NCBI RefSeq assembly: GCF_006345805.1
Contig: NC_043003.1
Coordinates: 47,306,001 to 47,370,000, forward strand
Length of the DNA stretch: 64,000 bases
Origin: Octopus sinensis
Lineage: Eukaryota
Direction of reading: 5' to 3'
In this document: positions 24,510-38,784 of the stretch, in pieces
How positions within the stretch are numbered: position 1 is the stretch's first letter
Layout of the letters: each line of letters opens with the position of its first letter
Program-made: the position numbers and the translations under genes
Notes under the pieces: model-generated
What the model saw: the letters and a program-made list of their open reading frames with translations, nothing else
Databases searched by the model: none
Told to the model about the DNA's origin: nothing

Positions 24510-25742
24510 ACAGGGCCTGAGAGTCAATCTAGCAAAGACCAAAGTCTTGGTAAGTAGGAAGGCAGACAAATCACAAATTCCTTCAGGTAGACGACCCTGC
24601 TCAATTTGTAGAAAAGGCATAAGTAGAAACTCCACTAAAATGTACTTGGTCTAAGCTATGAACACATAAGAGGTGCAACAATATCAAAGGAAGGTTAACT
24701 GGGAAGATAGTTTTTGTGTGTGGCAGATGCACAGGGGCAATAAACGCCAAAGGTGTACAGAAAACAGATTCCACCATATGTCAGGGAGAAAAAATTAGAA
24801 ATAGTTGATATCTGCTGTTACCTAGGTGACCAAGTCCATAGCTGGGGTGGATACTCTGAGAGTGTAACTGCTAGAATAAGAATAGCCTGGGCAAAGTTCA
24901 GAGAGCTCCTACCTTTGCTGGTAACAAGGAGCTTCTTGCTCAGAGTAAAAGGTAGACTGAATGATGCATGCATGCAAACAGCCATGCTACATGGCAGTGA
25001 AACATGTGCTGTGACTGCTGAGGACATGTGTAGGCTTGAAAGAAATAAAGCTAGTATGCTCTGCTGGATGTGTAATGTCAGTATGCATACATGAGTGTAA
25101 GCACCCCAAGAGAAAAGTTGGACATAAGAAGCATCAGACATGGTGTGCAAGAGAGATGACTACACTGGTATGGTCATGTGAATCATATGGATGAGGACAG
25201 ATGTGTGAAGAAGTGTTACACCCTAACAGTGGGGGAACCTGTGGAAGAGTAAACCCAGGAAGACATGGGATGAGGTGCTGAAGCACGACCTTCGAACATT
25301 GGGCTTCATAGAGGCAATGACAAGTGACTGAGACCTTTGGAGATATGTTGTGCTTGAGAAGACCCAGCAAGCCAAGTGAGATCATAGTCGCAGCTGATGC
25401 CAGTGTAGCATAACTAGCCTGTTTAAAAGTACCCTTCAATCGTCAGGCAATATGCTGTGCTTGAGAAGACCTGTTGAGTCAAGTGAATTTCATAGTTGTG
25501 GTTGATGTGCCATTTGAGCATGGGTGATGCCAGTGCCACCTGACTGGCCCCGTACTGGTGGCACATAAAAAGCACCACTACACTCTCAGAGTGGTTGGCA
25601 TTAGGAAGAGCATCCAGCTGTAGAAACCCTGCCAGATCAGATTGGAGCCTTGTGCTGCCTCCTAGCTTGCCAGTCCTCAGTCAAACCGTACAACTTACGC
25701 CAGTATGGAAAGCAGACGTTAAACAATGATGATGATGATGAT
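24510..25742 (+). mobile_element. 5'-truncated RTE-clade LINE (late RT with PHD insert, C-terminus, 3'UTR, (GAT)n tail), decayed
   Basis: GLRVNLAKTKV, PCSICRKG..., LEIVD.CCYLG, RIRIAWAKFRELLPLL, MLHGSET; 3'UTR ends AAAGCAGACGTTAAACAATGATGATG; frameshifts and stops. Confidence 0.9.
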
Positions 25743-25914
25743 ATATATATATATATATATTTATATAAGTAATGTCCGTAGCCACTTGAACATGGCTGTC
25801 TGTTTGAATGGACTTTACTGCAATTTTTTAACCCCAAGAGGACATCTCATCTAGCTGGTTAATGATGTAGAGCTGTAGGGGAGTGAATATATATATTCAC
25901 CATGATAGATCGCT

Positions 25915-26075
25915 AGCCATTACACATTCTTTATTTTCTCTCCTTGTTTCTTTCTGTGTTCCTTTCTGTGGAAGAACATAGGCTTGAAACATAAAGACTT
26001 TTTTTACTTCCTGAGCGTTATACTAATACATCTGTTTGCTGTCTACACCACCTGTCTTCATCTTTTGTTTTTTTT
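25915..26075 (+). mobile_element. Related Penelope-type repeat fragment with a degenerate hammerhead-like motif
   Basis: CTTT-CTGTGGA-A-GAAC-ATAG-GCTT-GAAA-CA-TA-AAG at 25962-25996, followed by CTTCCTGAGC as in the 48.4 kb copy. Confidence 0.45.
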
Positions 26076-26100
26076 GTAAATTCTCCCTATTTTATATATA

Positions 26101-26174
<74 letters not shown>

Positions 26175-26908
26175 ATACTACAGGTTTTTTTTTCAGTTTC
26201 TGTTCACTAAACCACTCACAGGGTCTTGATCAGCCTGAGGCTAAAGTAGAAGACACTTGCACAAGGTGTTGCACTGAGAGATTGAACCTGAGATCAGATG
26301 ATCTTGGAGCTGACTCTCCTCTTAGTCCTTTATACTTTATACACAAGTCTATCTTCTACTGTTTGACCCGTAACTGGATGGGTGGATGGGGGGAGTGATT
26401 GCCTCTGATGGGCACAACCACCCCAGGTCAGAGCACACCTGGGTGTAGTGTTGACTTTGTGGTAACTCTATACTCTTGAACTAATGGACAGGAGCCTCAA
26501 CACCAGATGTTGATTAATGTCTTGCTCAAGCTCTCATGCCTATAAATATTCACACACATACACATGTCAATTTATACATGCATACGCATATACAAGCACA
26601 CACACACAGACACACACACAAACATTTATTGGTTTCTTGATTTATCTATCAATTTACACATACACACACTCACACAAACACACACAAACATCTATAGGTT
26701 TCTTGATCTATCCATCAATTTATACACACACACACACCACATTTACTCTGCAAACATTTACATACACCGATACATAATCTCACCTATGTGCATAAGTGCA
26801 TACAAAGAAGCAAGCATTCAAACCCACAAATATTTGCACACAACACATACATATAGAAACATGCACATAAAAATTTATGCACCTATATACACAGACATGC
26901 ACACATAC

Positions 26909-26942
<34 letters not shown>

Positions 26943-27142
26943 ACATAACCATGCACACATACATGCCCACACTCATAGATATCTGTTTCACTAATGAGGG
27001 ATCTGCTGCATTAATTCATTAAACATAAGCTGTGGATTATATATTTAATCAATTCACTAATTATTTTCAAAACTTTACGCACCCACATACACATTCACAC
27101 ATGTGCACACACATACAGCCATGCACATATGCATGTGCGTAT

Positions 27143-27144
<2 letters not shown>

Positions 27145-27200
<56 letters not shown>

Positions 27201-27241
27201 ACACACACACACACACACACGTACACACACACACACACACA
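27145..27241. repeat. (CA)n microsatellite
   Basis: About 95 bp with a periodic CGTA interruption; another long tract, (TG)n, is at 35194-35249. Confidence 0.95.
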
Positions 27242-27464
27242 CTCAAAGCTGCCAAATCTCTCTCATATCACACACACATCCTACTGTCTTACAAAAGTGA
27301 CACTCTTCGATAATGTAATACTAGGTATACTATCTCCGGGAAAAGAAAGACAGGAGGTTCATAGATGGAATGCCCTTGATTATAGGCTTGCTGGATTCAG
27401 TGACCAGCCCATTGGAAATATGTAACTAATGATGCTATTGTTCATCAATTGCTATCTTTTATCT

Positions 27465-28232
27465 TTTACTTGTTTCAGTCACAGGACAGAGGTCAAGCTG
27501 TGGCACTGTCTTGAAGGGTTAACTCAAGCAAATTCACCCCAGTATTTATTTTCTAAGACTGGTACTTATTCTATTGGTCTCTTTTGCTAAGTTGCAAAGT
27601 TAGCTTGCTTCCCAACCACATGGTTGTGGGTTCAGTCCTACTGCATGGCACCTTGGGCAAGTGTCTCCTACTATAGCCTCAGGCTGGCCAGAGCCTTGTG
27701 AGTGGATTTGGTAAATGGAAACTGAAAAAAAGCCTGTCATGTATATATATATATATATGTATGTATATATCTATGTGTGTGTGTGTTTGTGTTTGTCCCC
27801 TCATCACCACTTGACAACCAATGTCGGTGTGTTTACATTCCTGTAACTTAGCGGTTTGTCAAAAAGAGATGAATAGAATAAGTATTGGGCTTTAAAAAAG
27901 TCCTGGGGTCAATTTGTTTGACTAAAACTCCTCAAGGCAGCACTCCAGCATAGCCACAGTCAAATGACTGAAACAAATCAAAAAATAAAAACCAACAATT
28001 GTCCAGCAGCGGGGTGGGGCACATAAATACGAAGACACACCTATCTGCACATGTGTACACACACACACACACACATGTATATGAAAGGCTTCAACAGGTG
28101 CCATCTCTCAAATTCAGTCACAAAGTAGTGGTCAGCCTTGAATTATAGTAGAAGACATTTGCTCAAGGTGCCATGAAGTAGGACTGAACCTGAAACCACG
28201 TGGTTGCAAATCAAACTTCTTAACCACACAAC
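27465..28232. mobile_element. Nested same-family SINEs: a + copy (27597-27990) inside a - copy (27465-27595 plus ~28050-28232)
   Basis: The 3' part of the - copy lies left of a nearly complete + copy and its 5' part lies right of it. Confidence 0.75.
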
Positions 28233-28353
28233 CAATAAATATAAATAAATGAATAAGAATATATAAAATATCATACTTCACTCCTTCCTCTAATCAAAGA
28301 ATAATAAGGTATGCTATTACATAAGATTCAGTAAGAGATATATTTGTTTCTAG

Positions 28354-29190
28354 TTTTGACACAAAGCCAGCATTTTTGAAGGGAGAGGACAAATTAATTA
28401 CATTACTCAACTGGTACTTATTTTATTGACCCCGAAAGGATGAAAAATAAAGTCAACCTTGATAGAATTTGAACGCAGAGTATAAAGAGCTAGAAGAAAT
28501 ACAGCTAAGCATTTTGTCAGGTCTATAATGATTCTGCCAGCATACCAGCTTTTTTTTTAATATTCCTAATTTAGAAGGTGGTAAGCTGGCAGAATCATTA
28601 GCACTCTGGGTGAAATACTTAGTGATATTTCATCTGCTGCTACATTCTGAGTTCAAATTCTGCCGAGGTCAACTTTGCCTTTTATCCTTTTGGAGTCGAT
28701 AAATTAAGTACCAGTGAAACATTGGGGTCAATGTAATCGACTAGTCCCTGCCCCCAAATTTCAGGCTTTGTGCCTATAATAGAAATTATTATAAAGTTGG
28801 TGAGCTGGCAGAAACATTAGCATGCTGGATGAAATGCTTCGCGGTATTTCATCTGTCTTTATGTTCTGAATTCAAATTCCGCCGAGGTTGACTTTGTCTT
28901 TCATCCTTTTGGTGTCAATAAATTAAGTACCAGTTGCATATTGCAGTCGCTCTAATTGACTAAAATATCAGGCCTTGTGCCTAGATTAGAAAAGAATATT
29001 CCTATTTTAGGCACAAGGCTTACAGTTTTGAGGAAATGGATTTGTCAATACCATTGATTCCAGTTCTTGGCTGGAACTATATTTTATCGACTCTGAAAGC
29101 AAAATTGACTCTGATGAAACCTGAATTCAGATTGTAAAAGGCTGAAACAAATAATGCAAGGCGTTTTCTCCAATACTCTAACAGTTCACC
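28354..29190. mobile_element. Cluster of four copies of the GAGCTGGCAGAA-head SINE (-, +, +, -)
   Basis: - 28354-28545; + 28576-28790; + 28795-29000; - 29001-29190. Further copies at 2710-3110 (two, -), 34310-34510 (+), 35885-36075 (-), 37180-38110 (three, +), 40492-40700 (-) and 60930-61140 (-). Confidence 0.85.
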
Positions 29191-29262
29191 ATGCAAGTAA
29201 AATATGAGATACTGAAATCTAATATCTTTGAACAAGAATAACTAAATAACTTACCACAATAA

Positions 29263-32164
29263 CTAAAAGACTACAGCAACTCAGGGAAACTAAGCCAGGA
29301 CAACCTGCCATCCTCTACACACCATCATAAACTGCGAGCAGGGTACAAATTGTTGTCCTTAAATGCTCGCAGTTTATGCAACAAAATACATTTGTTCAAC
29401 GCCTACGTCAGAAGTATTGACCCTGACTTCATCACTGTCACGGAAACATGGGCGCATTCCTTACTCTGTGATGGGGTTTTCAACATTACGGGGTACAACC
29501 TCTTCCGTAAGGACCGCACTAACCACCGTGGTGGTGGTGTGATGGTCTACGTTCGTTCAAATTTTTTGGTAATTCCTTGTGCCAATTTGAACGAATCACA
29601 AGAAGAAGTTTTTTTCTGTGACGTACGTATGACCATGTCAACACTCCTGCTTGGCGTTGTTTATCGTCCCCCAAATTACCATCAGGACACACAGCTTTGC
29701 AACATCCTCCAAGCTGCTGCCAGGAAAACAGCCACTTATGTGTTTATTGCAGGCGATTTCAATCATCCTGAGATCGATTGGGAAACCTTCCATTGGCCAC
29801 AGAGTGCAAACGATTTTGTTGAGCTTGTGCTGGACTCAAACTGGTCACAAGTAGGCACCTCTCCAACAAGAGGCGACAACACCTTGGACCTGCTCTTCAC
29901 CACAACTCCTGAAGCAGTTATCAATTGCACTACGGAGGAACCTCTAGGTGACTCTGATCATGCTATGATCATCGCCAATCTGGCTCTTGCGGGCAACAAA
30001 CACCTGAACCATCTCCAATCTGCTTCCTTCGATTGGAAGAGAGCAGATTGGAACCTGTACCACACTGAACTACAGCACCCAAACTGGCGTGAATTCTACA
30101 ACTCTGGAGATGTGAATACTATACTCCAGAGTATCCTGGACTCAATATGGGCAGCATGTGCAGCATCAGTACCACGTAAACAAAAAAAGAAGAACCGCCC
30201 CAAAAGGGCAATTTGGAAAACTTCAGCGGTCCGACTTGCCAGGAAGGAACGTCAGACTGCTGAACAGGAATACAAGTTGCATAAATCAGACACCAACAGG
30301 AAGAAGCGGAATAAATCCTCCAACCATCTCAAGCAAGTGACAAAAAATGCAGTGCTTGAATTTGAACAGTGCATAGCAGCCAATCCTGACAACAAGGTTT
30401 TCTGGAAATATGTGCATTCAAAGCAGAGACCTCACTCTCCAGTGGGCCCTCTTCGCAACCCTCACACAAACCAGATCACTGACGACCCCAAGGAATGCGC
30501 AGAACTCATTGCCGAGTGCTATGCAAACATATTCACTGTCGAAAGTCAAAATGTACCATCTTCACCATCACTAACAGCAAACTCCATAACAACTATGGAA
30601 TTTACACCTGCAATGCTGCGACGTCACCTTCAAAATAAGCGCAACTATGCCTCCCCTGGTCTCGATGGAGTTACATACCTGCTTCTCAAACGTGGCAGGC
30701 ACTTCCTTTTACACCAGCTTTCTATTTTCTTCCAGTACTGTCTCAACAATGGTGCTACTCCGGAGCAGTGGAAAACTGCCAGTGTCATTCCTCTGTTCAA
30801 AAAGGGTGACCGCACATCACCTGTCAACTATCGCCCAGTCAGTCTCACTAGCTGTATTGCAAAACTGATGGAATCGTGTGTCAGAGAAACACTCTGGAAC
30901 TTCTGGAGCTCTCACAGTCTCATCCGACCCTCACAATATGGATTTGTCCCTAACTCCAGCTGCAGTGACCAGCTTATCGAGTTCCTTGAGGACATTACTC
31001 AGATCACTGACAGTGGCTCATGGGTGGATGTTGTCTACCTTGACTTTGCTAAGGCTTTCAACTCTGTGCCACACAAAAGGCTTATGGTGAAACTCTCTGC
31101 AATGGGTGTGGGGGATGACCTTTTTAACTGGTTGAAATCCTTCATCCTCAGCCGAAAGGAGGTAGTCACAGTTCTAGGACAGCACTCTACACCATATGAG
31201 ATGTCATCGGGTGTACCACAGGGATCTGTCCTTGGTTCCCTCCTGTTTGTGGCATGCATTAATGACATAGATGCCAATTTAAAGAATGCCACAGTATTGA
31301 AATATGCAGACGACATCAAGCTGTACCTTGAAATCAAGAGGACTGATCCTGATGTCTACAACTCTTTCCTGCAATCAGACCTAGACACAATGCAGCAATG
31401 GATCACAGACTGGCAACTGAAACTGGCTGTGGACAAGTGTACCACCATGCATTTTGGGAGAAAAAACCCTGCATCCACATACTCCCTCCACAACACTGAT
31501 ATCAAGAAATCCTCTTGCGAGCGTGACCTAAGCATCACTGTCAGCAGTGATTTGCGTTGGACAAAGCATATCTCTAAAATTGTCAAGAAGGCCGAGGGTG
31601 TCTTGGCATCACTCAGCAAGACTTTTGTTAGCCGCTCTCCAGCCATCTATTTAAAACTGTATACAGCTATGGTACGACCACACTTGGAATTCGCATCATC
31701 AGTTTGGAATCCCTATCTTGCTCAGAACATTGACCTCCTGGAATCTGTCCAGAGACGTGCAACCAAACGCATACCCTCCATCAGACACCTACCATATTCT
31801 GAGCGCCTTGTTTCCCTGGGCATGGATTCACTGAAGCTCCGGCGTCTGGCAACGGACTTGGTAAACACCCACAAGGTTATCAACCACCTCACCAACAACA
31901 ACACTGAACACCTTTTTGATCTCCATGTGTCTAACACACGTGGACATACCTACAAAGTCAGAAAACAACACAGCTCCCATGACTTTCGGAAACATTTTTT
32001 CACGCTCAGAGTTGCTGAAGCATGGAATAAACTGCCTGCGTCAGTTGTTGACTGCCATGACACTGCATCCTTTAAGGCCCTCATGCTTTCCGAAATCCGC
32101 CGAAACTACACCTGATTATATATACACTTTAGATGAGTTGTAGTGCACCTGAGCACTGTACACA

Positions 32165-32200
<36 letters not shown>
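29263..32200 (+). mobile_element. CR1-type non-LTR retrotransposon, 5'-truncated, ORF2 (APE endonuclease + RT) uninterrupted; 3' stem-loop and (ATT)n tail
   Basis: Stop-free frame 29263-32115. APE motifs LNARSL, TETW, VYRPP, GDFNHP, DLLFT, SDH; RT motifs YRPVSLTS, LDFAKAF, GVPQGSVLG, YADD; CR1-type C-terminus FFTLRVAEAWNKLP; GTGCacctgaGCAC hairpin before the ATT repeats (to ~32200). No ORF1 upstream. Confidence 0.93.
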
Positions 32201-32397
32201 AGCGACAAGCTCCTTGGTAATCTGATAATGTAACATAGTTTCCATCCTGGAGGAAGCTGCTTCACTTCATTTATGATATTAATGCTGTTGTGAAAATAAT
32301 AAAGACCACATTTTCCTATTTCCTCTTTTCTTGTAATACAAATATATAGTTGAGGGAAAATATCTTTCTTTCTTAAGATTTTCCAGGGATTGCTTAC

Positions 32398-32414
32398 CTC
32401 TGAATTTCAAAATG
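32398..32414 (-). other. Candidate 17-nt microexon CATTTTGAAATTCAGAG
   Basis: Acceptor GTTTAACTTTTTCTTTCAG| and donor GAG|GTAAGC flank 17 nt of unique DNA. Confidence 0.35.
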
Positions 32415-34632
32415 CTGAAAGAAAAAGTTAAACCACTCAATAAAAATGTAAGCTAGACTGTAAATAATGTAGTTCATTTAGATAATGGTAAATGGTTGAG
32501 GGTCCCACATTATTAACTAATGATAATGAGGAAAACTTTTTGGAGTGCAGCCTGTCTGATGATGAGCCATGTCTCATGTGGCCTGCTTTTCAAAAAGGGT
32601 TGTTCATACCTAATCTGTGTGGGCACTCAACCTGCTAGAAATAGCAGCTAAAATTTCTTTTAATTTCACTACACCTTAATTAGAAAAGACTAATATGTAT
32701 TCTAGATACAAAATGTGTAAAATAAAAAATTAAAGCTGAGATATTCATACCTTCAGTCATAGATCTGCTCAACTGGGGCTGACACCAAACACTGTTATAC
32801 TTAGCTGAAGAAAGATCAAATAATTACGTAAAGCACAGTTTGTCATGAAAAATTAAGGTGCTGTAATGATTATGTGGTAATAATTTATAAAATCTCAAAC
32901 TACTGAGAGAACCTCTGTGTCACTTTCATTGTTGTATTTATAAATTCAACTGTAAATGTGTAAGTTGTATGCTTCGTGATTTTAATTGCTACATTAGCCA
33001 CATGAACACCAAACATTTTTGAAAGCTCACCTTGCTTTCACAAGAAGTTGTAAAAATAAATCTAAGTAGAAAAATATTAATAGGTACAGATGTGGCTGTA
33101 TGGTTGAGAAATTTGCTTCAACCACATGGTTTCAGGTTCAGTTCCACTAAGTGGCACATTGGGCACATGTCTTCTACTATAACCCTGGGCTCTCCAAAAA
33201 GTCTTGGAAGTGGATTTGGTGAACAGAAACCGAAAGAAGCCTATCATGTGTGTGTGTGTGTGTGTTCTTATTGTGGAATTGTGATAAATAAATGTCATTC
33301 ATTTTCAATATTCTGTGAAAAATGTCTGACCATGGGAAATTAGTACATTGCTTGGAAATGGGTATGGGTTGGCAACAGGATGGGCATCTGGCTGTTGAAA
33401 ATCCACTCCAATAAATTCTATCTGACTGATGTAAGTGTGAGAAAGCAGGCATTGAAATAATGCAATGATCATTATACATCCATACTATACAGACTACCCT
33501 ACAAAAATAGTTGATGGAAGTGATATTCATATCACAACATAAATCTAGAACACATGATAACATACACTTGTCACAGAGAAGGTAAGCATATGACTGAAGA
33601 CATGTAAATGATGGTCAAGATACATGTTTCATGATGCTGAACTCTAACAATCAAATGCTGGTGGTAAACTCTGCAGTAAAGGAGTCAAAAACAACTTCAC
33701 ATCCTGATGATGATGCTGAGATTGTCCTGAAATGTCAATAAAAATGAAATTAAAATGTATTGTCCCAAATAAACTGCAAGGAGTCTTATAAGGAGATATG
33801 CAAAAGCTCTTATAAAAAAGGATTAAATCAGAAGACAGTTGTGCTTTTAAAACATGTCTAAAAGGGAAGTCTTTTCTCATAGACACCAATTTGTTTGTTT
33901 CATTTTACATCCATTTCTCCATGCTAGCATGGTTTAGATGAATGAGTTATGAAGATAGTTTTGCAGCTGACACTAGCCATTACCTGTTTTTCAAGTAAGG
34001 GATCTCACATTTCACTCATCTTCAATTTGTTTGTAGGAAAAATACCAATGGCACTGCTTGTAACTTACAATTTTTGGAGCAGCACCATTTTAAACATGCG
34101 CACACACACGTGCCTGAAGTAATGAAGCATGCATAAGTACTAATGTGACATGCACACCTGGTACATGAGTGTAACTTTATCCACACACACTCACACATGT
34201 ATGTGCACACAATAAACACATACACACACATGCACTGATACATATATGCATACACCAACCAATCCTCATATACGTAAACCCCCCAAAATTATGTTCATTT
34301 AGACAAAAGAACGTTAGCATGCCGGGCGAAATGCTTTGCAGTATTTTGTCTGTCTTTATGTTCTGAGTTCAAATTCCACCGGGGTCGACTTTGCCTTTCG
34401 TCCTTTCGAGATCAATAAATTAAGTACCAGTTGCGTACTGGGATTAATCTAATTGACTGCCACCCCTCCCGCAAAATTTTGGGCCTTGTGCCTTAGAGTA
34501 GAAAAGAATTTAGACAAAAGAACCTTGCCACTGTGCTATTGACATGCTTAAAATCTACAAAGGAAAAAATTTAACTCACAAAGGAAATATCTGTGTGTGT
34601 ATACATAAACACATCTATACATACATATATAT

Positions 34633-34939
<307 letters not shown>

Positions 34940-35193
34940 GCACACTGTCAAACATACAAGAGCACAGGCATACATATATAAGTACAGATACATACATGAA
35001 TAGAAACATACACATGCACACATCCATACACCATGCTGCTTGCATAAAAAAATAAAATAGCAGAAAAACCTTAACGTCCCTAGTAAAAAAAAAACCCCGC
35101 ATGTATGCTGTATGTGATTACAGCTGATGCATATCTTTATAAGAAAGTTTATGCATTGAAGTAGGACAAGAAATGTAAGGATATATATTCCTA

Positions 35194-35252
<59 letters not shown>

Positions 35253-38200
35253 GACATATGTTGCCAAAAAAAAGTGTGAAGTCACAAGTATCAATTTATT
35301 GTCACTACAACCATCCGTATTTTACATTTCGTTTTCACATCACCTCATTATCAAATAAATATTCAAAATGTCTGTTAGTGCTGATATAAGACTGAAATCA
35401 CGTATCTTGTAAAATTGTCACAAAATGTAAGTAAAATAAAATATTTTAGAATTTTTTTCTTCATATTTTTGTAGAAAAGCTATTCTCTCTTCTCTGTTAT
35501 GTTTGCAGGGGGAAAATAACAAACAAAAAATAATATCAAGTTTAGTTTACTAAGTAAAAACAAAGCCCAAAATTTTTAGGTGACATAGAATTATAAAACA
35601 AACACAACTCAGAGAAATTATTTAAAAAAAATTTTTTTGTAGTTTAATTTTCATTGTTTTCCTACATGACTGAGTATAGATTTGTGTTATCTTGGATACA
35701 TGCAGCAGTCTGCTTTGTATTTTGAAATTTCTATTGTACTGCAAGACCTCTATGTACTATGTGTCCTGTGTCTAAAGTGCTGTTTTATGTATCATGTGTG
35801 GGCAAGGCCATCTTTTGGGTGCTGATGGGTACTGATGCTGCACCAAAGAAGTGGACACCCCACTCACATTGAAATATAATTCTTTCTACTATAGGTGCAA
35901 GGCCTGAAATCTGAAAGAAGGGAGTTGAGTTGATTATATCCACCCCAGTGCTTAACTGGTACTTATTTTATCAACCCTGCAAAGATGAAAGGCAAAGTAG
36001 ACCTTGGCAGAATTTGAACTTAAAACATAAAGCTAGGAGAAATGCTGTTAAGCACTGTGCTAATGATTCTGCCACCTCACTGCCCTCTTGCATTGAAATA
36101 TAATGAAATTATATTAGTCGTGGATCCATTGTCCTCCTGGATCCTGGTACTGCAACACCATATCATCTGCCTTAGGATAACTTTGTGTGTGTGTCAATAC
36201 AAAGGTTTTAGCAATGTATTTGTATCTTTTCCTCAGGTTTGCCAAGGTACCTATTGTTATAGGGATTGTTTGTGTTTTCAATCTCCATATTATGATTATC
36301 TCAGTTTTCATGTCTTAATATTCGGAAAGTTTCTCTATAGAATTAAAAAAAAATAATGAAACAAAATACAAAGTTAGTGAAATCACACCATAAAAGAGAG
36401 AAATAGATCTCATCATTATAACAAAAAAATTATTTTACACTTTATGACAAGCTGTGTTCATTCAATAACACACATAATTTTTCCCCATAGGATAGGTGCA
36501 GGTGTGGCTGTGTGGTAGAAATGCTTCCCAACCATATGGTTCTAGGTTCAGTCCCACTATGTGGCACCTTGGGCATGTGTCTTCTACTATAGCCTTGGGT
36601 TGACCAAAGCCTTATGAGTGAATTTGGTAGATGGAAACTGAAAGCTTGTCACATATATATTGCATATATATATGTGTGTGTGTGTTGTATGTATATATAT
36701 ATATAATATATATATATGTATGTTGTATGTATATATATATGTGTGTGTATGTGTGTGTCAGTGTTTGTCTTTCCTCCCCCCACCATTACTTGACAACCAA
36801 TGCTGGTGTGTTTATGTTCCTGTAACTTAGTCGTTTGGCAAAAGAGACTGATAGAATAAGATAGAATAAGTCATGGGGTCGATTTGTTCAACTAAAATGC
36901 TTTAAGGTGGTGCTTGCTCCAGCACAGCAGCAGTCAAATGACTGAAACAAGTAAAAGAATAAAAGAAAAAAGTATAACATACTAACTTTGTACTTCTGTT
37001 TTAATTTCTAATTTGGTATTACTGTTTTGAAATTTGCTTGGTGGTCTTTGATGATAAAAATTTGGTTGAACTAACTTAATCTCCCTTTCCTGAATGTCTT
37101 ACCATGTCCCAATTTATGGTCATTTTGTCATTCTCTGAGACCTTTTATGGTTGTACTATATTATTATTGCTTATAATTAAGGTGGCAAGCTGGCAGAATC
37201 ATTAACATGCTGGACAAAATGCTCATCAGCATTTCATCTATCTTTACACTATGAGTTCAAATTCCACCAGGGTTGATTTTTTTTCCTTTCATTCTTTCAG
37301 GGGCAATAAAATAAGTACCAGTTAAGCGCTCTGGTTGATGTAATCAACCAACCCCCTTCCCCTAAAATTTCAGGCCTTTTACCTGTAATAGAATGCTTGA
37401 TTATTATCATTGATTTGACTCAAGTTCATTGTTATTCCTTGTAGAATTTATGTGGGCAGCAGGTTACTAACTCCAACCTTAGGTATCCACAACCTTTCAA
37501 TAGTCTTTCAAGTGCTTAGAACCCTCCTGGTAATCTTTCCTGTCACTAAGAGGCAAACTTTCTGCAGATGCTCTACAGGACATTCTAGTCCAATCTCCGT
37601 CAACTATTTGTCCTACTTCTTTTTCTTCTTCTTCTGATGATGATGATCATCATCATGATGGTGGTGGTGGTGGTGGCTGTGAGCTGGCAGAATCGTTAAC
37701 ATGCTGGGCAAAATGCTAAGTGGCATTTCATCTGTCTTAACATTCTGAGTTCAAATTCTGCCGCGATTGACTTTGCCTTTCATCCTTTCAGGGTTGATAA
37801 AATAAGTAGCAGTCCAGTACTGGAGTCTATGTAATCAACTATCCCCTTCCCCAAATTTCAGGCCTTGTGCCTATAATAGAAAGGGTCGTCGTCGTCGTCG
37901 TCGTTGTCTTCGTCGTCGTCGTCGTTATTATTATTATTATTATTAAGCTGACAGAGTCATTAGCACATCAGTTAAAATGTGTTAGTGTTTCTTCTGGCTT
38001 TTTATGTTTCATCCTGCCAATATCAACTTCCCCTTTCATCCTTTCAGGTCTATTGCAATTGACTTGCCGCCTTCCCTCAAAATTGCTGGCCTTGTGCCAA
38101 AGTTAGTAAGAATTAACAGTATTATTAACTTTATAATGTAGTATCACAGAAACTATACAGCATTGCACTAGCTAATTTCATTATAATTTATTATTTAATT

Positions 38201-38784
38201 TCTTGGCCCCAAAATTAACCTGCCCTGTTAGTGCAGCAGCTACATGTTTTTTTTTGCATTGATGCAACTGATATGCCATTCCAGTCAACTCATTATTCTG
38301 TTTGATGTTGGAGGCCTACCAGTGTTAGCTGGGCATCAAAGGCTCTGTTTCTTGCCACAATGCAGTCTGTGATAGAAGGCAGAATTTGAACTCAGAATAA
38401 AGATTTAGATCACAAAAACTGCAAGGCATCTCATTTAGCACTCTAACAATCCTGCTGACCCCATACTCTGGATTGTTACTTTATTTGTTAGTCCCAAAAA
38501 GATATAAGGTGAAGTTGCCCTTGGTAAGATTTGAACTCAGTACACAGTGATCTTGAACAAGTACCAGAAAGTATTCTTTTAATTCAATGTCATACAATTT
38601 CATTATATTTAAATTAATCATTTCACAATTTTGCTGTCTTGTATTTATATCAAAATGTTTTATTAGTAGAAGAACATAAGGTGCTGGGCTGGCAGAACCA
38701 TTACTGTGCTGGACAAAATGCTAGCAATATTTATCCTGGCTTTGTGCTTTGAGTTCAAATTCTACTAAATTCAAAAATCTTGGT

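Noticed and set aside
26517-27425. His/Thr- and Val/Cys-rich ORFs in the ORF track (also 34634-35257 and similar)
   Set aside because: They are translations of (CA)n/(TA)n microsatellites.
29255-29331. Perfect minus-strand GTAAGT donor at 29254 suggesting antisense exonisation of the LINE 5' end
   Set aside because: The only reasonable acceptor gives an exon with stops in all three frames, and there is no other support.
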